Source: Scenedesmus sp. PABB004
Lineage: Eukaryota
Assembly (NCBI GenBank): GCA_014905635.1
Contig: JABVCE010000008.1
Span: 372,001 to 436,000, forward strand
Reading direction: 5' to 3'
Length of the DNA: 64,000 nucleotides
In this document: in pieces, positions 27,455-36,959 of the stretch
Layout: the number at the start of each line of letters is the position of its first letter
How positions within the stretch are numbered: position 1 is the first letter of the stretch
The notes under the pieces: generated by a model
Told to the model about the DNA's origin: nothing
The model's input: only the letters and a program-made list of their open reading frames with translations
The model's database searches: none
Program-made: the position numbers and the translations under genes

Positions 27455-30135
27455 CGCTGCGCCGCCCGGCGCCGCCCCCGCCGAACCCCGCCGCCCGCCC
27501 GCCCGCTCAGCTGCCGCCGCCGGCCGCTGCTACCCTCGCGCGCCGCCTGCGCCACGACCTGGAGGTCACGCACCCGGGGCTGGCCCAGGCGCCCGCTGCT
27601 CGCGCCCCCGCCGCCGCTGCTGCGCCGGCGCGCGCTGCCCGGCGCCGCCAGTGCACAGCCCGCCCCCGCCTCGCAGCGGCGGGTTGCGTGGCCAGAGAGC
27701 GTGACGCGCCCGCACTCGTGGTGCGCGGGGCCTCCGGAGAGCAGCGGGCGCGCCGCGGCGGCGCCGACAGCAGCGCGCGCAGCATCGGGCGGCGGGCTGG
27801 CGCAGCGCCAACTGCTGCGCTCGCGCGCGGCCGGCCGCGCTCCGCAGGCGCCATGCCGGTGACGCGCGGCGCCGTGCGGCGCGAGCGGGCCGCGGAGGAG
27901 GTCGCGGCTGAGGCGCGCGGCGCTCTGCTGCTCGAGCTCGTGCTGCAGCACGCCGCGCCGCTGCCGCAGCGCGCGGCGTGCGTGCTGCTCTGCGCCAGCA
28001 AGGCGGCGGCGGCGCGCGTGCGGCAGGCGCACGCCGGCCGGCTCGCGCTCAGCGTGCGGCCGCGCAGCCTGGCCGAGGCCGAGGCGCTGCACGACTGGCT
28101 GTGCAGCGAGGGCAACGGCGCCATGGTGCGCGCGCTGGAGTTTGAGCCGGCGGCCATGGCGGCCACCACGCGGGACAGCTTGAAGTGGGCCAACAGCGAC
28201 GAGGACGACGAGGACGAGGAAGCGATTGTCAGCGAGATGTTCGCGTGAGCCCGGCGGGCACAGCACGGTGGCCAGCGCTGGCCCTGCTCTCACAACAACT
28301 CGCTCTGCCGCGGCCTCGCGCGCCGTCGCCGTGCCGCTCCCGCCGGCCCAGGCTGCTGCAAAAGCGCAACGACCAGGAGGGCGCGTCGCGCTTGCTCCGC
28401 AACGCCCTGCTGCATGCGGACCTGGGCGGCCTGCGCTCGTTCACGTGCACGCTGCCGGGCGTGGTGCCCCAGAGCTACCTGCTGGTGCGTGGCGGGCGGG
28501 GCGATGAGCGCGCGCCGCAGCGGCGGCGCTCGCCCGGTGCGCGCCTCGCCCGGCGCGCGCCCAACCCCGCGGCCGCCGACACCACGCGTCCCGCACGCTG
28601 CTGCCGTGCGCAGGCGATGCCGACGGGCCTGACGCACCTGGACATCGGCTACGGCGTCATGTTCAGCGAGTGGCTGGGTTACCCAGCCTCAAACGCACTG
28701 ACGCCCCTCTACCACGACCTGCGCCGGCTGCCAGGTGCGTGCGGGGCGGCTGCGTGTGGGCGGCACTGCGACCCACCACCACCTGCGCCGCGCCCACCGC
28801 CGGCGTCGGCGCGCCGCCTGGCTCGGCTCTTGGTGCGCAAACACCGCCGTTCCGCGCCCCGCGTGCCGACTGCGCACAGAGCTGCGCAGCCTGGTGCTGC
28901 GCATGGACATGGACGGCGGGTCGGACGGCTACGATTTTTACGAGTTTGAGATGGGCTGGAGCGTGGACGTGCTCTCCTGCGTCAGCAGCCTCACGCGCCT
29001 GGAGCGCCTCGCGCTGCACGGGGTCAACTATGCCGACGAGAACGGCCCCGCTGAGGGCGTCATGGAGCGCCTGCCGGCGAGCTTGCGCAGCCTGAGCTTC
29101 GACAAGTTTGCGCGCAGCAACGGCGCGCTGCAGCTGGGCCACATGACCGCGCTCGAGGAGCTGGACGTGGGGGACTACAACATTGCTTCCGAAGGTGACG
29201 TGCTGCCGCCCAACCTGCTGCGCCTTGACGCCGCAGGGTGGTGTGAATGGGGCGAGGCAGAGCCTCTGACCAGCCTGGCGGCCCTCACACGCCTGCGCCA
29301 CATCAGCTTTGCTATGGCCGCCGACAAGCTGTCGGAGCTCAGCAAGACGCTGACCGGGCTCACGCACCTGGGGCTGAGTCACGCGGTCACCGACACCGAG
29401 GCGCACCTGCCAGACGGCGGCCTCAGCGCGGCGCTGGCGCGCGTGACGGCGGCCGGCGTCAGCAACGCTATTCGCGTGTTGCGCCTCAGCCAGTACTCGA
29501 GCACACAGCTTGCACTCGGCCCGGCGGTGCTGCAGGGCCTGCCGCAGGCCCTGCCGGCGCTCACGTGCCTGCAGCTGGCCCCCCGCACACGCCTGAGCGA
29601 CGAGGCGGTGCTGCAGCTGTCTGTCGTGCTGGCCCAGCTGCCGGACCTCGCCGCGCTTTGCTTTGAGTTGGAATGCGATGGTGCGCCCCCGCGCGACGCG
29701 GCTGTGGTGGACGGCCTGCTCGCCGGGCTGGGGGCGCTGCCGCGGCTGGCCGCGGTCACGCTGCGTCGCTGCGCGCTCCCGCACGCCGAGGTGGCGGCGC
29801 GGCTGCCGCGCGTGGCGGAGCTGGTGGTGGTCAGCCTGGGCGCCTACTAGGCGCGGTTGAGGTGCTTTCGTTTCAGCTGCGTGCTGCTTTGTGTTGCAGA
29901 GGCGCGCGTGCCAGAGTTGTTGGCCGCGGTGTCCGGAGTTGCTCCCGCTGGCGCGCTGCGCGCCGCGTGGCGAGGTAGCTGGCCGAGTTGCTCGTGCGGC
30001 GCGGCCCGACCCCGCGTGCGTGCAGGCCGGCAGCTGGCAGCAGTCAGTGCGGGCGCCGGCGGCCCCGGCGCAGCCAGCGCGACGCCGTGGTGCAGCGGCG
30101 CCCGCCCAAACCCCGCCGCCCGCCCGCGCAGCCGC
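27455..30135 (+). repeat. Arm A of a ~2.7 kb inverted segmental duplication (partner 36960-39750)
   Basis: Upstream region, exons, introns and 3' flank align in reverse complement with 36960-39750; several ORF-track translations are identical between the arms. Confidence 0.92.
27853..29850 (+). CDS. LRR (RNI-like) protein with degenerate F-box-like N-terminus, copy A; exons 27853-28244, 28352-28484, 28614-28734, 28880-29850
   Basis: LPxxLxxLxL repeats (LTHLDI, LRSLVL, LERLAL, LRSLSF, LEELDV, LLRLDA, LTHLGL, LTCLQL); GT-AG introns join in frame. Confidence 0.8.
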
Positions 30136-30360
30136 CCGCTCGGCCGCCGCCGTCCGCCAGCTCTCCGCCGGCGCTCCTTGCGCATCACCACACGATCGCG
30201 CACACGCCGACGAATCACGCGGCCACAGCGCCGCGCGGCGTGCTCCCAACCGCCGACACCTGCTGCTCGCGCGGCGGCCATCGCGCACAGCCCGCACGCG
30301 CCTGCCACGCCCGCCCACGCAGCGGCCCTGAAGCCGCGCCCCCGGATCGGAGCCGCCAGC

Positions 30361-31478
30361 ATGGCGGCGGCGCGGCTGCTGCTGGCGGCGCTCGCGCTCG
30401 CGGCCGCTGCTGCGCCGGCGGCGGCCATCAAGCTGCGTTTCCAGGCGAGTGTGCGCGGGCTGCCAGGGCAGTGGCAGTCGTCAGCCACTGGCGCCAGGGG
30501 CGGCCGCGGCGCAGCTGCCGGAGGCCGGGCGAGCGGACGCAGCAGCGCGGCGCCGGGCGCCGGCGGCAGGGGCGCCCGCGCCCCCGCGCTGCCGCCGCAG
30601 CTCGCAGCTCGCGCCGCCGCCGGCAGCGTCGCCCGGCGCCGCGGCTGCGCCGCCGCCCGCCGCCGCCCGCCGCCGCCCGCGGCCGACGTGGCCGGCGCCG
30701 CCGCGCTCCGCCGCCGCCGCGCTGCCCCGCCCGCGCGGCGCCGCGCAGGGCGAGGAGTGTCTGTCGTACTCGTTCAACCAGTACGAGTACTTTTACGGCT
30801 CCTTTGTCTCCATGCCCGACGCGTACGGGCAGACGGCCAAGTACGACCTCACCATCACCGCGCCGAGCGGGCAGAAGCTCTACGAGGCGCGCGCCGCGCA
30901 GCGCCGCGCAGCGCCGCGCCGCCGCCGCACAGCGCCGCGCCGCCGCCGCGCCGGGCGGGGGCGCGGCCGCTGTCGCGCGCGCGCGTCCGCTGCCGCCGCG
31001 CGCGCCCGCCGCCGCCGCGCGCGCCCGCCGCCGCGGCGCGCGCCGCTGATCGAGCTGCGCACGCGCCGCGCGCGCAACATCGCAGGTGCACCACGAGAGC
31101 GAGGCGACGTTCCACCTCGTGCCGGTCGAGAGCGGGGGCCACAAGTTCTGCCTGAAGTTTGCGCCCGACGCGTCGCCGTCGCGCGCGGTCATCGCGCGGG
31201 ACGTGACGTGGAACATCAACATCGGCTACAGCGAGGGCCACGACAAGATTGAGGAGACCGACACGCAGTACCTCTGGCACCACGTGTACCAGATCGACGG
31301 CCAGGTGCAGGAGCTCAAGTCGACGCTGCACTACCTCTACTGGCGCGAGCGGCGGCACCGGCAGACGGTCGAGTCGACGCACCGCCGCACGCTCTGGTAC
31401 GCGTTCCTGCGCTGCGCGGTGCTCGTCGGCGCGAGCGTGGGCCAGGTGCTCGTCATCCGCAAGATGTTCTCCAAGTGA
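30361..31478 (+). CDS. p24/emp24/gp25L GOLD-domain ER-Golgi cargo receptor, 3 exons
   Basis: Signal peptide, EECLSY, DLTITAPSG, GGHKFC, coiled coil, RHRQTVESTHRRTLWY, transmembrane helix, QVLVIRKMFSK*. Both introns have GC donors (30445, 30887). Confidence 0.92.
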
Positions 31479-31789
31479 GGGCGGCTGCCGGTAAACGACG
31501 CGGGCGCGCCCGGGAGCAGGGGCCGTGCAACGCGGCGGCGCCCCGCTGCAGCCGCGGCCGTAGCGCCGCCCGCGCCGCGGCGGCCGCCCAGCTCGCTCTC
31601 ACGAGCGCCTCCAGACGGCTCGCGGCCCAGGGCAGAGCGCAGCCAGTCCACGCGCACGCTGCGACCCAGTCTCCTCGCTCCCGCCCGAGAGCAGCTTGCC
31701 GACCGGGCGCCCCTCGCGCTGCCGTCCGTTGTGCGCCCAGCAGCAGCTCGAAAACGAGCCCTGCAGCCCGTCCCGACCTCGCGGAGGGC

Positions 31790-32410
31790 ATGGCGGGGCG
31801 ACGGCCCGGCGCGCGCTGGTCGGCGCTGCTCGTGCTCCTGCTCGGCGTCCTGCTCCGAGCGGCGGCGGCGGCCCAAACCCACGGCGAGGTGCACCCTGGC
31901 GAGCCAGCCAGCGCCTGCGCCTGGGCCAGCAGGCGGCTCGCCGCGGGCGGCGGCGCCTGCGAGAGCGCGCTGGCGGCTGACGCTGGCCCGCGCGCGGGCG
32001 CGGCGGCGGCGCTCGCCGAGCTGCGCGCGATGACCGACGACGCGCCCGGCGAGGGCGCGCCGCCGCCCTGGCCGGCGTCCGCAGCGGGCTCGGACGGCGC
32101 GGCGCCGGCGCGCGCGCTCCCCCTGCTCATCGGCCTGCCGCTCGGCCTGCTGTTCGGCATCGCTGCGCGCGCGCAGCAGCTGCGCCGCGCGCGCACGCGA
32201 GCCGCCGCCGCCGAGGGTGACCTCGGCGGCTTCTGCGGCGCGACTGGCTACGGCGGCGGCTGCGAGCCCAGCGATCCCGCGCGGCCGCGCAGCCCTGCGG
32301 AGCGCAAGGCGCCGCCGGCGCACGTGCCGCCGCCAATCTACACAGCGCGACCGGCGGCGCCCTGCGGCCCGCCGTCGCCCTTTGCCGCCGCGGCGTGGGG
32401 CGAGCTGTGA
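31790..32410 (+). CDS. Small hypothetical single-pass membrane protein
   Basis: Signal peptide WSALLVLLLGVLLRAAAAA, second hydrophobic helix LPLLIGLPLGLLFGIAA, coding-like codon usage, no intron seen. Confidence 0.55.
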   Translation: MAGRRPGARWSALLVLLLGVLLRAAAAAQTHGEVHPGEPASACAWASRRLAAGGGACESALAADAGPRAGAAAALAELRAMTDDAPGEGAPPPWPASAAGSDGAAPARALPLLIGLPLGLLFGIAARAQQLRRARTRAAAAEGDLGGFCGATGYGGGCEPSDPARPRSPAERKAPPAHVPPPIYTARPAAPCGPPSPFAAAAWGEL

Positions 32411-32500
32411 GAGGCGCGTGCGCCGCGCACAGAGCTGCCGCCTGTTGCAACGTTACCTGAACCGCAATCAACAACCGCACGTCCGTCCGCTCAGCCGGGC

Positions 32501-35500
32501 TCACGGCCGCGGCAGCTCGCCGCTCGTGCGCCGGCTGGGCATGCGCAGCAACACTGGACTGCCGCTCGGCGCGGCCGGCGCGGCCGGCGCGGCCGCCGCA
32601 ACGGCAACGCTGGGCCGCCCGCCGTCCGTGGAGTGGCGGCGCGCGATGAGGCCGCCACTGCCGTCCGAGGCGCCAGGGGGGTCGGGGTCGCCCGCGCTAA
32701 AGCTGCCGCCGCCCCAGGCGCCGTGCTGCTGCTGCTGCTGCTGCTGCGCGCCGCGCGTAGAGCGCGGGATGTCGATCGCCCGCGCCGCGGCGCCGCCGTC
32801 GCTGCTGCGCGGCGAGCGCGGCGGCAGCGCCCCGGCGCCCGTGGCAATGGCCGACTCGAGCGCCGCGCCCACGGCGTCGCCCGGCCTGCCGGCGGCGGCG
32901 GCCACCACCGACGCGACGTGGCCCTGCAGGCCCCGCAGCCCGCTCACTGCGTCCGCCGCGGCGCGCGCGGCCGCGGCGCTCTGCTCGGGCGACGCGTCAG
33001 CGAGCGCCGCGGCGGCGGGCAGCAGCGCGGCCAGCGCCTCGCTGAGTCCCTTTGCCGCAGCGACAAAGTCGGGCGTGAGCAGCAGCGCGCCGCCGGCGCC
33101 GGGGCTGCCCGCCGCGCCGCCCGCGCGGGGGCTGCCTGCCGCGCCGCCGGCCGCCGGCGCGGCGGCGCCGGCCGCCGCTGCGCCGGCAGACGAAAAGGCG
33201 TTGAGCGCCTTGCTGAGCGCGCCAGCCGCCGCCAGCACGTCTCCGCCGAGGCGGTGCCGCGTCGACTCGCGCCGCAGCAGGCGCGCGGCGTCGGGCGCGC
33301 GCCGCCGCCACCGCCGCCGCTCGAGCCACCCTCGCCGCGCGCGTCCTCGGCGACCGACGGCAGCGAGCCCACCTCCCGGCGCAGCTGCAGGCTGAACGAC
33401 CCCAGCAGCGCCGCCGCGTCGGCCGCGCCGCCGGCCGGCGGCGAGGCGGGGCTGCGCGGGCAGGCGCCGAGCGCGTCGGCAGAGTCGCCCGGCGACGCGC
33501 CCGGCGCGCTGCGGGACAGCTTCTCCAGCCTGGACGTAAACGCGGGGCGGCGGCGGAGGGACTGAGCAGGCGCGGCCGGCCGCCCGCAGCCCGCGCGCCG
33601 GCCCGGTGCTGCCGCCGCCGCCGAGCAGCAGCGCGCTGCCCCGAGACGCACCACATGCCCTTCTTGAAGGACGACCCAGACGCCAGGTACCAACCCGCCC
33701 TGGGCGAGGTAGCGCCGCCGCCGCTCCCGCCGACGCTGCCGGGCGCGAGGCCCGGCCCCTGCGCGGGCAGCAGCTCGATGTTGCTGCGGCTCACCGCGCT
33801 TGTGATGCTGAGGGGGCTCGTCGGCGCGCCGGCGCCGCGCGAGCCCGGCGGGCCGCCGCCGCTGCCGTCGGCCGCCGCCGCCGCCGCGGGCGCCGCCTCG
33901 GCCGCCGAGCCGCGCCGCTGCGCCGTGGACGAGCCGCCGCCGGCGGCCCGGCTGAGGCTGCCCAGGCCGGCGCCCTCGTACGCATCAAGCGTGTGCGCCA
34001 CCGCCTCGGCAGTGACCGGGTTGTCCTCGTTCTCAATCAGCACCTGTGGTGCGGCAGCAGGCAGGCAGGCAGGCGGCGCGGCAGGCAGGCGGCGCGCGGT
34101 CGGCGAGGCGGCCGGCGCGGTGCGGCGCGGCAGCGCGTTCTTGCGCCGCGGCTCGGCGCGGCTGACGCCCGGCGCACCTCGAACGCGTGCTGGTGAGCGC
34201 CGGCGTCCGCGGCCGCCAGGCCGGCCGCGGCGCCCCTGGCGGCGAGCAGGTGCTGCAGGTGCGCCGCGGCCGCGGCGTCCGCCGCCGCGCCGCCGGCCGC
34301 CGCCTCGCGCGCCTGCGCCGACAGCGCGCGCGCGAGCCCGCCGCGGCCTGCGCGCGGCACGGGCTGCTGGCAGGCTGAGCAGGCTGCGTGCGCGTCCGTG
34401 TTCGCGTCCGCCGACGCGCGGTCCGCGGCCGCCGCCTGCGCGTCAGCCGCCGCCCGCTCGTCTGCGGCCGCCTGCGCGTCCGCGGCCTGCCGCGCCTCTG
34501 CCGCGGCGTCGCTGGCCGCCCGCGCCGCGGCCGCCTCAGCCGCCTCGGCCTCCTGCTGCGCGCGCAGGCGCTGCGTGGCGATGTCCTCCAGCCGCGTCAC
34601 GACCTGCGGCGGCCGCACCGGCAGCGCGTCGGCCGCAGGGGGGCGCGGGCCGCGCTGCGCCGCGCGCTGCCGGGCCTGGCCCCGCACTCGCCGCCCCACC
34701 CCACGCCGCCACGCGCGCCGCCCCCCCCCCCCCCCCCCCGCGCCTAGGCATGACCCCGCGCGCCGCCCGCGTGACCTGGCGGCTGCCGCACCTCGCGCAT
34801 GCTGGGGCGGTCGCCCGGCGCGTGCGCGCCGCAGTCCCACACCAGGTCGGTGAGCGCGCGCGGCGGCGCCTCGTCGCCGCCCGCGCGGTCGCAGCGCAGC
34901 AGGTCGGGGTTGGGCGCGTGCATGCGCCACTCGCGGTCGTACACGATCGGCTTCTCCCCCGTGAGCAGCTGCCAGGCGATGACGGCAAACGCGTACGTGT
35001 CGGCGGCCTTGGACCAGCCGGCGTCCATGACCTCAGGGGCGCGGAACCCCGGCGTGCCCGTGACCTGGCGACGACGGCGGCGCGGCGGCGCGAACGGCTG
35101 GGGCCACCCCGCGCGCCCGTGCCGCACACACCGCGCCCCCGAGGTCACCAGAGCGCCCCGCGCCGCTCACCGTGCGCAGCGCGCCGCCGGGCGCGTCGGC
35201 GGCGCGGAAGCTCACGCCAAAGTCGCACCACTTGAGCGCCCACACCTGCGACGCCGCGCCGGGGCTGGCGGGCGGGCCGCCGCCGGCGGCGGGCTGCTCC
35301 GCGGGCGGCCCGGGCTCGCCCGCCCGGTCGCCGTCCGCGTCGCCGTCGCCCTCGTCCTCGTCCCAGAAGACCAGCAGGTTGCGGCTCTTCACGTCGCCGT
35401 GTACGACGTCCACGTCGTGCATGTATGCCAGCCCCCGCGCCGCGTCCAGCAGCAGCGTCAGCACCACGTCCTGCGCGCGCGGAGGCGGCGGCGGCGGCAT

Positions 35501-35987
35501 CGGCGGGTCGCGCCGGGCCGAGGCGCCGCGCGCCGCCGGCACGCCGCGCGCCGCCCGCGCGCCCGCCGGGCCCGCCGCCCCGCCGCGCACCAGGGTCGCC
35601 GCGCCGCCACGGCCGGCATGGAAGTCCCGGTCCTCGATCTGCCACCCCAGGTCGCCGCCGGGCGCGGTCTCCTGCACCAGCGCGAGGTAGGGCTTCGCCT
35701 CGACCTCCACCAGGTGCACGCCCACGACGCGCACCTGCGGCGCCGGGCGCGTGGGGCGGCGCGGCGCGGTGCCGCCGCCGGCGGCTCTACCGGGCCCGCG
35801 CGGCGGCGCGGCGCGGCGCTGCGCGGCGCACGATGTTTGGGTGGTGCAGGCAGAGCGCGAGGCAGGCCTCCTTGCGGCTGTCCTCGGCAAACACGCTGCC
35901 GATGGGCAGCAGCTTCACTGCGACGCTGTCGCCCGCGTACTCGCCTGGGCCCACGCGCGGCGGCGGCGGCGCCGCGTTCGCCCGCGC

Positions 35988-36033
<46 letters not shown>

Positions 36034-36674
36034 GCGGGAGCGGCGGCGGCGGCGCGGCGCGTGCGCTCACCCTCCTGCACCACGGCGAGGCTGCCGCGGC
36101 CGAGCACCTTGTCCTGCTGCAGGCGGAAGCTGGACAGGTTGCGCAGCTGCGCGCTGAGCGCGAGGCTGTCCTGGTAGACCTTGCCCAGCTCCGCGAGCGC
36201 GTTGAGGTCGGCGACGCGCTGCTCCAGCTCCTGCAGCTTCTGCAGGTCCACCACCGAGTCGGGGTTGGGCAGCGCGTGCGGCCCGGCCGACGCGTCGGCG
36301 TCGGGCGTGCCCGGCGCGGCGTCGTCGTCGGGCGCGGCGCCGGCGTCGCGCTGCGCAGTCGGCGGCGGGCTGCCGCCACGCGCGCACGGCGCTGGATACT
36401 GCTCCTGCGTCTGCAGCTGCCCCTGCGCCAGCTCCGGCCCCGCGTCGCCGCGCGGCGGCGCCTCCTGCTCCAGCGGCTGCTGCTGCTCCGGCGCCGCCGC
36501 CACCGGCGACGGCGGCGACAGCTTCTGCCGCTTCGCGCTGCGCTCCGACGCGTTCCGCGGGGAGCTCCCTGGCCGCGAGCGGCGCTGCAGGGCGGTCAAG
36601 ATGCCCGCGGTGGCCAGGGAGGCCGCCGCCGAGAAGAGGCCCACCGTCGCCCAGGTGGGCTCGTGCGGCAGCAT
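32501..36674 (-). CDS. TKL-type Ser/Thr protein kinase with N-terminal hydrophobic anchor and long Ala-rich C-terminal tail
   Basis: VLGRGSLAVV, VAVK, LHHPNI, HGDVKSRN, CDFG, GTPGFRAPE, KAADTYAFAVIAWQLLTG, DRPSM; 3' exons less certain. Confidence 0.85.
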
Positions 36675-36959
36675 CTGGGGGCGGGCGCGGGTCGTGTCGC
36701 ACATAAAACGCGTTCCTCACCCACAGTCCGCCCCGCCGCGCCCAGCGCGCACCACGCAGAGAGCGACAGGTCTCCGGGATCTCCGGCAGCTGCCAGCTGC
36801 GGCTGGCGACGCGATCAGGCGCTGCCCAGCCGCATGTGCGCGCAGCATACGAAGTAGATGCCGGAGGCCTGTCGGCGGGGCAACCCGAAACGGACGCGCG
36901 CGGTAGGGGGCGCGGCCGCCGCACGGCAGCAGCGGCGCCCTGTGGCGCGGACACGAAGA

